Assembly: GCA_018302765.1 (NCBI GenBank)
Contig: JAGVZG010000004.1
Location: forward strand, 1 to 64,000
DNA: 64,000 nt
DNA from: Candidatus Woesearchaeota archaeon
Lineage (GTDB): Archaea; Nanobdellota; Nanobdellia; SCGC-AAA011-G17; GW2011-AR18
Direction of reading: 5' to 3'
The position numbers were made by a program, and so were the translations under genes. Shown here piece by piece: positions 27,736 through 36,131 of this stretch. A model generated the notes under the pieces. It made no database searches, had not been told where the DNA came from, and saw nothing but the letters and a program-made list of their open reading frames with translations. Within the stretch, counting starts at the first letter, position 1. Each line of letters starts with the position of its first letter.

Positions 27736-29193
27736 ATGTCTTTGTTAGAAATGGATAACAAAATGGAAGAAGCTTTAACTCATGATAACAAAATTGTTTT
27801 TAGAAATCTTAAAAGGATTGAAGATACTGACTTTGATAGTATTATTCAGAATCCTGATGATATTTTTCCTGAAAATAGGCGTGAAAGAGAATTCTTTGAA
27901 TTAAGAAGTGAATTGCTTAGAACTTTATACGAAACATTAAACAGGCTAACAAAAATAGAAGGAGACAATGCTATAGAAGAAAAAGAAAGAATTGCTAAAG
28001 AAACAGTTCTTAGAGGAGTAGAGTTAAGAGCAGACATTCATGAAGTGCTTACGCCTAGTGCAACAAGGAAATTAAGACAAGACAGAAGAGATGAAAATGA
28101 GTATTATGAAGGCGTTCAAGGCGCTATTGGTATGTTTGGTTTTGAAAGAAAACCTACGCCCCATGTCAAATTAGAAGAAGTTATTGGCAGTAGTTTTGAT
28201 AGAGCTAAGAATCATTTAATGGAAATCGTAGAAACTGGTGTTTATAGCCGTATTATGACTCTAAGCGCTCCTGGTCGCAAGGTGAGAAGTAATATTCTTT
28301 TAATAGGTCCTTATGGTTGCGGTAAAACAGAACTTGCTAGGGCAATTTGCGCAGATAAAAGAGTCATAGGAGCTAGTGTAAGTGTAGCAAGCACATTAAC
28401 AGCTTACTTACATGAATCTGTAAACAATGTAAAAAGAATCTACGACGCTGCTAAGAAATTATATGTAGAAGGAAGAGAAGATAAACCTGTAGTTTTAGTT
28501 CTTGATGAATTTGATGGCTGGTTTGCTAGAGGAGAAAGTGGATCTTTAGTAACAACAGATATGCATCAAATAGAAAACATTTTACTTGAAGTTTTGGACG
28601 GCATGGGTGACTATAATGGAATTATTACTATGGCAATGACAAATAAGCCAACATTAATTACTGGTGGAATATTAAGAAGATTCAGATATGTTGATGTTGT
28701 TGGTCAATTAATTACTCAAGAAAGAGCTGATTTACTTAGAATGTATTTAGAAAAAAGCTTGCCAGTTGATAGCGAAGTAAAAGAAAGTGATTATAAGATA
28801 TGGGCTGAAAAATTAGAATATGCACCTGGTGATGTAGTAAGAAAGGTTGTTGATGAAATTCATTTTAAGTTATTACCTGAATATTTGAAGACTATGCCTA
28901 GAGAAGCTAAATTAGTTGAAAGGGTTTTGGACAAAAGAGAAAAAAGAGCTGGAGTTTTAAGTGATAAGGATATTGCTTACGTTAAAAATAAATTGGCTGA
29001 CTATAGATCTATTAGTGCATTAGAAATAAGCAGAGCTGTTGATGATTTGTTACTGCAACCACCAATAAGAAAACAGATTGAAACTGCAAAAGTTGTTTAC
29101 AGAGAAGCTGGAGAAATACTTGAGGAAATTAGTGGCGCTGGAACAAATCCCTTAGGAATAAAGAGAGAGAAAATATTTTTAATTTTAGATTAA
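27736..29193 (+). CDS. AAA+ family ATPase
   Basis: Walker A GPYGCGKT, Walker B VLVLDEFD, sensor MTNKP, Arg finger ILRRF. Confidence 0.9.
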   Translation: MSLLEMDNKMEEALTHDNKIVFRNLKRIEDTDFDSIIQNPDDIFPENRREREFFELRSELLRTLYETLNRLTKIEGDNAIEEKERIAKETVLRGVELRADIHEVLTPSATRKLRQDRRDENEYYEGVQGAIGMFGFERKPTPHVKLEEVIGSSFDRAKNHLMEIVETGVYSRIMTLSAPGRKVRSNILLIGPYGCGKTELARAICADKRVIGASVSVASTLTAYLHESVNNVKRIYDAAKKLYVEGREDKPVVLVLDEFDGWFARGESGSLVTTDMHQIENILLEVLDGMGDYNGIITMAMTNKPTLITGGILRRFRYVDVVGQLITQERADLLRMYLEKSLPVDSEVKESDYKIWAEKLEYAPGDVVRKVVDEIHFKLLPEYLKTMPREAKLVERVLDKREKRAGVLSDKDIAYVKNKLADYRSISALEISRAVDDLLLQPPIRKQIETAKVVYREAGEILEEISGAGTNPLGIKREKIFLILD

Positions 29194-29276
29194 TAAACTA
29201 CAATTTTAAATGCCAAACAAATTTAGTTTTATTACATATCAAATGTTAACTTATTGTACCTAAATACAAAAATTAA

Positions 29277-29443
29277 TGGCGGGCCCGACGAGAATTTCAT
29301 GAACGTTTCTTTCAAATAAAAGTTCTTTTGAACTCGCGACCCTCTGCTAGCTTCCATATAGCTAGAAGGCAGATGCGCTATTAGCCCACCTTCTTTCGTG
29401 AACATTTCTTCCTAAGAAAGGTTCCAGGCTGCGCTACGGGCCC
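29277..29443 (-). tRNA. tRNA-Arg(UCU) with three introns (19/20 at 29382-29423; 37/38 at 29349-29362; 59/60 at 29294-29326), CCA encoded
   Basis: Acceptor GGGCCCG/CGGGCCC, D-stem GCGC/GCGC, anticodon stem TCTGC/GCAGA, anticodon TCT at 29364-29366, T-stem GCGAG/CTCGT; BHB-like motif at each junction; 78-nt mature tRNA. Confidence 0.88.
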
Positions 29444-29467
29444 ATAAATAAAAAACTATGAGCTTCC

Positions 29468-29475
29468 TATTTAAA
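29468..29475 (-). promoter_or_regulatory. TATA box of tRNA-Arg
   Basis: TTTAAATA 25-32 nt upstream of the tRNA 5' end. Confidence 0.6.
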
Positions 29476-29521
29476 GTTTACTAACAACAATATTTATATT
29501 TAACTTAAATTTCTTTAATAG

Positions 29522-30676
29522 ATGCTTAAAACTCCAAAAATATTTATGCCATTTAAAGGCATTTATTACCTTACATTTATTGTTCTTATAAGTTCTATAG
29601 CGACCTCAATGCTAATGCCTATATTTCCTTTATACATAAAAAGTTTTGTCTCAAGCAATGCATTGGTTGGATATGTAAGTGCATTTGTAGGTGTTTTACT
29701 AGTAGTTTACAGTTTTTTGATTCCAAAGTTGTTTATAAAAATTAAAAAATTAACTTTAGTCAAAGTTGGATTTTTAGGCCTAGCTATCACTCAAATAATA
29801 TTTACAGTTTTAGTTAATATAAAACAATTTCTTATATTAGAAATTATAAGAACATTCTTTTTACTATCTACGTATCTTGCAATTGGCTTATTTGTCAGAG
29901 AATATAGTTCCAGATCTACAATGGGCAAAGCTGAAGGACAATATTTTACAATTTCTAATTTTGGCTGGTTAATAGGCCCTTTGTTAGGCGGTTTATTAGC
30001 AACTGCATATTCATTTGATATTGTGTTTATATTTTCTGCTGTTCCACAGTTACTTTTAGCTATAATTTTATTTTTTATTCCATTAAAAGAAGGGCCAACA
30101 CATGACAATCATAAAATTAATTTATTTGATTATTTAAAACATAAAGATCTATTAGTATTATATTTGCTATCATTCGGTTTATTCGCGTGGTGGAATATTA
30201 TTTATACATATCTCCCTCTTTATGCAAATGCTTCAGGGTTTTCTCCAAATACAATAGGCTTTGCGATGTTTTTATCAGCTATTCCATTAATATTACTTGA
30301 GATTCCAATTGGAAAACTAGCAGATGGCCATGGATTTAGAAAATATATATTTACTGGCTTTATAATAATTGCAGTAATAACTCTATTCAGCAATTTAATA
30401 AGTCCTTTCTATAAAATTATGTTAATCAGCCTTGCAACTATTGGTGCAGCATTTATAGAACCTTTATTGGAAACTTATTTCTTCAAGCACTTAAGAAGCA
30501 AAGAAGATGAACATAAATTTTATCCAATATACAAAAGTTCTTCACATTTAAGTAATATAATAGCACCATTAATTTATTCTACAATACTTATTTATTTTGA
30601 TTTTAAAGGATTGTTTATATTTGTCCCTATATTTATGTTATTTTTTGCATTTATAGCTTTAAAATTAAAAAGATGA
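29522..30676 (+). CDS. MFS transporter
   Basis: About 12 TM helices; GWLIGPLLGG and IGKLADGHG motifs. Confidence 0.88.
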   Translation: MLKTPKIFMPFKGIYYLTFIVLISSIATSMLMPIFPLYIKSFVSSNALVGYVSAFVGVLLVVYSFLIPKLFIKIKKLTLVKVGFLGLAITQIIFTVLVNIKQFLILEIIRTFFLLSTYLAIGLFVREYSSRSTMGKAEGQYFTISNFGWLIGPLLGGLLATAYSFDIVFIFSAVPQLLLAIILFFIPLKEGPTHDNHKINLFDYLKHKDLLVLYLLSFGLFAWWNIIYTYLPLYANASGFSPNTIGFAMFLSAIPLILLEIPIGKLADGHGFRKYIFTGFIIIAVITLFSNLISPFYKIMLISLATIGAAFIEPLLETYFFKHLRSKEDEHKFYPIYKSSSHLSNIIAPLIYSTILIYFDFKGLFIFVPIFMLFFAFIALKLKR

Positions 30677-31251
30677 AATTTGTAATAGAACACTTAACAG
30701 AAAAGCTTTATGACTGGTGCTTAATAGAATATAGACATATTTCGAGAATTGTTGGCAAGAAAAATCTGATTTTTACCAATGTCAAGAATCCTGCAGATAT
30801 TAAAAAACTCAAAAATTTGGGAGAAGTAAAAAGAGAAAGTGCTTTAAAATTAAACTTAAAAAATGCTTGTTTATTAGACCCTAAAGCAAAAGACACCCTG
30901 AAAGTTAATGAGGCAAAGAATTTTGATTATTTTATATTTGGAGGAATTTTAGGAGACTTTCCAGAACAAGGAAGAACTAATAAATATCTGACTTCTAAAT
31001 TAAGAAGTGTTGAAGTAAGAAATTTAACAGAAAAACAAATGTCTACAGACACAGCAGTTTTAGTTACAAAAATTATAAGCAAAGGAACTGGCTTAAATGA
31101 CATAAAATTCATTGACAATCCTTCTATTGTTCTTAAAAAAGGCAGGCTTCAGGAAGAGGCTAATCTGCCTTATAGGTATGTTTCTGAGAACGGCAAGCCC
31201 ATAATAAGCAAAGAGTTGTTAATGTATTTAAAGAATAAAAAAGACTTATAA
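30673..31251 (+). CDS. SPOUT-class SAM-dependent methyltransferase (Sfm1/COG2428-like)
   Basis: VIEHL..W..EY, LLDP, FIFGGILGD, QMSTDTAV, LPYRY. Confidence 0.85.
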   Translation: MKFVIEHLTEKLYDWCLIEYRHISRIVGKKNLIFTNVKNPADIKKLKNLGEVKRESALKLNLKNACLLDPKAKDTLKVNEAKNFDYFIFGGILGDFPEQGRTNKYLTSKLRSVEVRNLTEKQMSTDTAVLVTKIISKGTGLNDIKFIDNPSIVLKKGRLQEEANLPYRYVSENGKPIISKELLMYLKNKKDL

Positions 31252-31285
31252 GAATATTTATAGATTTTTCGTTATTTTATTTTAT

Positions 31286-31675
31286 ATGGAACCTAAATCA
31301 CTTGGAAAATTTTCAGCATTTGCTGGACTGTTTTTGGGTATGTGCAATTCTGGTATCAACTTAGAGTTTTATATGCAGCAACGTGAATTACATAGTTATC
31401 TAAACCGACATGGAGGTTATGATAGAATTTGTGAAAGAATGAAAGAGTCTAGAAAACAAAGAAATGAAATCGACTTAAAATTGGAAGACAAAGCTGGCGT
31501 AACAAATGAATATGTTATTAATTACAAAGTTGATCCTGAACTAATAAGGGGTGTCTATGCTATAGATGATTATCAAAATATTAGAGATGCTGCAAATGGA
31601 TATACTTTATTTTTCTGTCTTGTTGGTTTGCTTGGACTTGGCTTTATTTATTATGAAGAGAAAAATAATTATTAA
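31286..31675 (+). CDS. hypothetical membrane protein
   Basis: 129 aa with N- and C-terminal hydrophobic segments. Confidence 0.6.
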   Translation: MEPKSLGKFSAFAGLFLGMCNSGINLEFYMQQRELHSYLNRHGGYDRICERMKESRKQRNEIDLKLEDKAGVTNEYVINYKVDPELIRGVYAIDDYQNIRDAANGYTLFFCLVGLLGLGFIYYEEKNNY

Positions 31676-31699
31676 GTTTATTATTTTTTAATATGAATT

Positions 31700-32098
31700 T
31701 TATTCCAAGTATTTTACTAAACTTATTACTACTGTAGGTTTTCCTCTTCTTATTAATATTTCACACGTTGTATATTTAAGAGCTCTACTTGGTCTAAAAG
31801 GATTTGCATGATAATATAATTTTGCTTCAGTAATAGTATATGGCAAAATTATTGGTTGTATTGTAATTTCAGCCAGACTAAACAATAACTCTTTTTCTCT
31901 TCTGCCATCTAAACTACTTAATTCAACTAGTAAAGCTTCTAAATTTTTGTAATCTGTAAATTCGCGTCTTTCTTTACTTTGATATAACAATCTAAATATC
32001 TCCTTAAATCTGTCATTAAAAATATCAGTTTGATCTACTAAATCTGGATCAACTTCTAATATTATTTTAGACATTAATTTTTCATTTATAAAATTCAT
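31700..32098 (-). CDS. hypothetical protein
   Basis: 132-aa ORF. Confidence 0.55.
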   Translation of the reverse strand: MNFINEKLMSKIILEVDPDLVDQTDIFNDRFKEIFRLLYQSKERREFTDYKNLEALLVELSSLDGRREKELLFSLAEITIQPIILPYTITEAKLYYHANPFRPSRALKYTTCEILIRRGKPTVVISLVKYLE

Positions 32099-32170
32099 AT
32101 TTAAGAATTTATATAGTGCAAAAGTTTAATGGAACAATAGATTTAAATTCTATATATTTACATAATTTTT

Positions 32171-32899
32171 ATGGAAAATAAGGTATTAGTTCTAGCAAGC
32201 GCTATTATAATTATATTTGTCTTAGGCATTGTGCTAGGAATTTCTATAAATTCTAAACAAAAAATTGTAAATGAAGCAAACAGAACAATAAATGGTTTGA
32301 TGTATAAAGAAATATCTATTGTAGGCTTAGACGATAAAGGCAGAGGTGTGTCTGCAATAGTTGCTGTTGAAGTAAAACCTGGCAGCGGATTAGTTTTGGT
32401 TAATATAAATGATGTATTGGCAGATTACTTAACTCAATTTAGTGCAAGAACTGCTTCTAAGGTTGCCTCTAATTTTACTGGAATAGCCCTTTCATCATTG
32501 GATGTTGTATATAGAATAAAAGCCAATGCTTCCACTATAGAAGGATCTTCTGCTGGAGCTGCCATGACTTTAGCAACTATTGCTGCACTGGCAAATAAAA
32601 CAATAAATCAGTCTGTTTTTATCACAGGAACAGTAGATGAAAATGGAACCATAGGTATTGTAAGTGGAATAAGTGAAAAGGCAAAGGCAGCAAAGGAGCG
32701 TAAAGCATCGTTATTCTTGATACCTTCAGCAAGCTATGCAGTTGGCTATGACAAGGTTAAAAAATGCAAACCTTTAGAAAATTTAAATTATTGTGAGGTA
32801 GCTTATGTTCCAAGAAAATCTGAACTAAGCGAATTACTTAAACTAGACATAAAACAAGTTAAGAACATAACACAAGCAGCAAATTATGCAATAATATGA
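32171..32899 (+). CDS. membrane-anchored S16 (Lon proteolytic domain) serine protease without ATPase domain
   Basis: IEGSSAGAA (Ser), ITGTVDENGTIGIVSGISEKAKAA (Lys dyad); N-terminal TM helix. Confidence 0.88.
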   Translation: MENKVLVLASAIIIIFVLGIVLGISINSKQKIVNEANRTINGLMYKEISIVGLDDKGRGVSAIVAVEVKPGSGLVLVNINDVLADYLTQFSARTASKVASNFTGIALSSLDVVYRIKANASTIEGSSAGAAMTLATIAALANKTINQSVFITGTVDENGTIGIVSGISEKAKAAKERKASLFLIPSASYAVGYDKVKKCKPLENLNYCEVAYVPRKSELSELLKLDIKQVKNITQAANYAII

Positions 32900-33477
32900 A
32901 AAACAAAACAAATTACAGACAGAGTATATTTTTTTTATTTGTTATTATAGTAGTATTGCTAAATATCTTTATTTTATACATAAATTACAAGACAAGCAGA
33001 TCACTGGGAGAAAGATCTGATTCTGAAGAATTATTAAATTATACCTTGCCTGAACTGAATTTATCAAATGATCCTTTCTCTTTGGAAGGATTTAAGAAAG
33101 TCAAAATTAATTTAACAGATAAATTACTTGTTATACAAGTTAACTGCAGCGCTATAGGTTTAGCTGTACATGAAGTTCAATTATATTCTATAAAACAAGG
33201 TTTAGAAAAAGCTATAGACCTCAGACCAACAGTGCATGATACTATGCTTGATATTCTTAATAATTTTAATATAAGCTTATTTATGGTTAAGATAACTGAT
33301 GCAAGAGATGATTTGTATTTTGCAAATATTTATCTAAAGAATGGAAATAATGTGTTAAATATAGATGCAAAACCAAGCGATGCTATAGCTCTTGCAGTAA
33401 GGTTTGGTGCACCAATTTATATTAAAGACAGCATTATAAATAATTACGGTCAGAATGTATGTACAGAAAAGCAATAG
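32896..33477 (+). CDS. bifunctional nuclease family protein (DUF151/BFN) with N-terminal TM helix
   Basis: RPTVHD, YFANIYL, IDAKPSDAIALAVR..APIYI; ATGA overlap. Confidence 0.85.
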   Translation: MKNKTNYRQSIFFLFVIIVVLLNIFILYINYKTSRSLGERSDSEELLNYTLPELNLSNDPFSLEGFKKVKINLTDKLLVIQVNCSAIGLAVHEVQLYSIKQGLEKAIDLRPTVHDTMLDILNNFNISLFMVKITDARDDLYFANIYLKNGNNVLNIDAKPSDAIALAVRFGAPIYIKDSIINNYGQNVCTEKQ

Positions 33478-33766
33478 ACATTATCAGTTGCTAGATGTTA
33501 TTGGATTTGCAGATATTATTCCTGATAGTGGATTAGTTTCTAAAGTTATTTCTGCTTTGGCTGATGAATTAGAAATGAAAACAATTGGAAGAGTCAGAAT
33601 TTCTGAAGATAAAAATGGAAGTTATTATATGCAATTAATAAGAGAAAGTCACATGTTTGTTTATGTCAGTAATAATGGACTAATTATATTTTCAATACTT
33701 TCCTGCAGATATTTTGATCAAAGAAAAACTACTGCTTATGTTAAATCCGGATTAAAAATTAGATAG
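33455..33766 (+). CDS. S-adenosylmethionine decarboxylase-like proenzyme (divergent, SpeD/SpeH fold)
   Basis: LIRESHMFVY resembles the E|SH pyruvoyl self-cleavage motif; downstream SC as in FTC. Confidence 0.5.
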   Translation: MYVQKSNRHYQLLDVIGFADIIPDSGLVSKVISALADELEMKTIGRVRISEDKNGSYYMQLIRESHMFVYVSNNGLIIFSILSCRYFDQRKTTAYVKSGLKIR

Positions 33767-33768
33767 TG

Positions 33769-34125
33769 TTAAACTGTTATCTTGCTTGGCTCAAACCTTT
33801 TCACATTTTTTATTATTAAATCACAGAGCTTTTCTATTTCTCTTCCTGTTTCATCATCACCAAACCATTCCTGTTCTTTTATATCTCTTTTAATTTCATT
33901 TACAAGATAAACTTCTAAATTTTTTTGATGGTTTTTTAACATTTCTCTTCTTTTTTCTGTAGGTATATTTCTTGCTATGAAAGGCGTTTTTAGATCATAC
34001 ACCCATCTATCTAATATTTGAGTGTACCTCTCTTTTACTCTTGGAGTCATAGATGTTTTTTTAATCAGAAATATCAATTCTTTTAGTAGTTCAATAGTAG
34101 TTGCTAAAACAGCCTCATTTCCCAT
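33769..34125 (-). CDS. hypothetical protein
   Basis: 118-aa ORF. Confidence 0.65.
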   Translation of the reverse strand: MGNEAVLATTIELLKELIFLIKKTSMTPRVKERYTQILDRWVYDLKTPFIARNIPTEKRREMLKNHQKNLEVYLVNEIKRDIKEQEWFGDDETGREIEKLCDLIIKNVKRFEPSKITV

Positions 34126-34284
34126 ACTATCAAAACATGATTATTTATTTTTAAACCTTTCCTTTCACAAATGATTGTATAAGTTAGTTAGATATTTCTC
34201 CTTAGTTTATGATTTTGGTTTCTCTTCTAACTTAAAATAGCCTGTGGATAATTTTATAAATTATTTGTATTTATATTCTATAAA

Positions 34285-34805
34285 ATGGTTTTAGATATAC
34301 TTCAATTAGAACGTGCAAGAGCTGTTAATAGTATGCTGGGCGGTAGAAGAACTCAAGCAAACTATATGACTCCAGAGAACAGGCATTTTCTAGAGACTCT
34401 GTAATTGTATTAGAGCTTGGTGAAAGAGTTTTAGAATTTGACTCTGGACGAATATTTTATGGCAATACAAAATGGAGTTTACACTCTTATGGAGCATTTC
34501 AAAATAATCAACTACAAGATGCTGCAGAATATTTATTAAGTCATCATTTACCTCCACCAAGTATTCGAGATTCTGTCAATAGAATTATTGCTGATTTAAA
34601 TGGCTCTGGAATTGATAGATCAAGAATCTCAGTTGTCTATCCCAAAGGAAGACCAGACCAGCCCAAATTAAGAAACTTGGACATTCCTAGTAGAGAAATT
34701 AGACTTAGTGCGCTTGACCCTTGCACTATAAATTGTTTTGAAGATAATAAAAGCCAAGGTTTAACGGACTGCCAAGGAGCAGTTATGTACTTACGTGATT
34801 TATGA
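34285..34805 (+). pseudogene. frameshifted hypothetical ORF, about 172 aa (not in ORF track)
   Basis: MVLDILQLERARAVNSMLGGR in one frame, then KNSSKLYDSREQAFSRDSVIVLELGE...GAVMYLRDL (about 150 open codons) in the -1 frame. Confidence 0.6.
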
Positions 34806-34819
34806 CATAGTTATTTTAG

Positions 34820-36037
34820 TTAGATTTTTAAAATATATTCAGCAGCAGTTCTATATTTCCCACCACCATATTTTGAAGATTTAATTTTTTCTATAATTCC
34901 TTCTTTTTCAAATCTTTTAAGCCAATTTGTAGATGTTCCTAAATTTTTATAATTCATCTTCATTTTTAGTTCTATAGAATTTATTTTACCATTGGATTTA
35001 CATAATTCTATTATTGTTTCCCTAATTTTTAATGGCTCTTTATATCTTTGAAATCCATTGCACATTTGAGTGAATTTTTCATCTTTATCCTGCGATGGGA
35101 TTTTTATTAAATTTCTAAGTTTTATTAGATTATTCCTTTTTGTTATATTAATTTGCCATCTTGTCCTTATTTTACCCTTCTCTGTAGGATAAACTCCTAA
35201 ATTATAAGTTTTATATTTGATGCCCAATATATTTAATATTTTCAGTTCTGATTCAAATAAATTAAATTTTTGATTAAAAATTTCAGATTTAATTTTATTA
35301 GGTAATTTTCCTAACGGAATCTCCTCGCTAATACTTGATTTGAATAAATTGGTGACATCAAACGACCTCCTCCATATTATTGACCTTCTATATTTTTCTG
35401 GTTCATACTTCACTTCTCCTTCATCTGCTATTGTCTGTTCAATCCAACCCAACATATTTTCTGTGCCATTAAAAATAAAATCTGGAAGTTCTATATTATT
35501 ATCCGCCTTTGATCCCTTTTTTTTCATTATAATAAAAACAATATCTCTCATGATTGAAGTAAATTCTAAAAATTTCTTATCTTTATAATCTCTAAATGGA
35601 ATTTCTTTTATATTTCCTCCAAAACAAGTTAAATAATCTTTAATAATAGATCCCCTCAATGTTTTATCAAAATTATCATACATCAATCTGCCATAACTAT
35701 TTTTATTTTCCTTTGTTAAACATCCATCGTTCATTATTCCAGCGATAAATCTAGCAAATGCCCTGCCTTTAATATTAATTGGCAATATTGGGTTGTGAAG
35801 GCCTTTACTATTAGACCCGCCGATCCAGACAATATTTCTTTCAACAAGATCTAAATCCAAATTTAATAAATTTACTATATTTTTTATTGTCTTTATTCTT
35901 ATTTTTTGATTTTTGATTTTTCTAAATTGACGATTTAATAAATTTTTATCTTTTAGATTTTCAATAATATTATTTTTAAAATCTTCTTTTAGCAATATAT
36001 AATTTCTATTTTCCGGAAGCTCCCAAAAATGGATCAT
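34820..36037 (-). CDS. free-standing LAGLIDADG-like homing endonuclease-fold protein with C-terminal wHTH
   Basis: Two LAGLIDADG-like helices, FIAGIMNDGC and IEQTIADEGE, about 100 aa apart; C-terminal TSTNWLKRFEKEGII. Confidence 0.6.
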   Translation of the reverse strand: MIHFWELPENRNYILLKEDFKNNIIENLKDKNLLNRQFRKIKNQKIRIKTIKNIVNLLNLDLDLVERNIVWIGGSNSKGLHNPILPINIKGRAFARFIAGIMNDGCLTKENKNSYGRLMYDNFDKTLRGSIIKDYLTCFGGNIKEIPFRDYKDKKFLEFTSIMRDIVFIIMKKKGSKADNNIELPDFIFNGTENMLGWIEQTIADEGEVKYEPEKYRRSIIWRRSFDVTNLFKSSISEEIPLGKLPNKIKSEIFNQKFNLFESELKILNILGIKYKTYNLGVYPTEKGKIRTRWQINITKRNNLIKLRNLIKIPSQDKDEKFTQMCNGFQRYKEPLKIRETIIELCKSNGKINSIELKMKMNYKNLGTSTNWLKRFEKEGIIEKIKSSKYGGGKYRTAAEYILKI

Positions 36038-36131
36038 TTTTATATTTAGTTTTTATTATTTATAAATGTGTGCGTTGCGTTAATGCAAATTTTTCAATAA
36101 CTTTAAAAAAGATTAGTTTTCTCTAATTAAA

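Noticed and set aside
29394-29424. Functional nested intron inside the tRNA-Arg D-loop intron
   Set aside because: The inner CGAA arm has no upstream TTCG partner at this site, so no second BHB forms; kept only as evidence of ancestry
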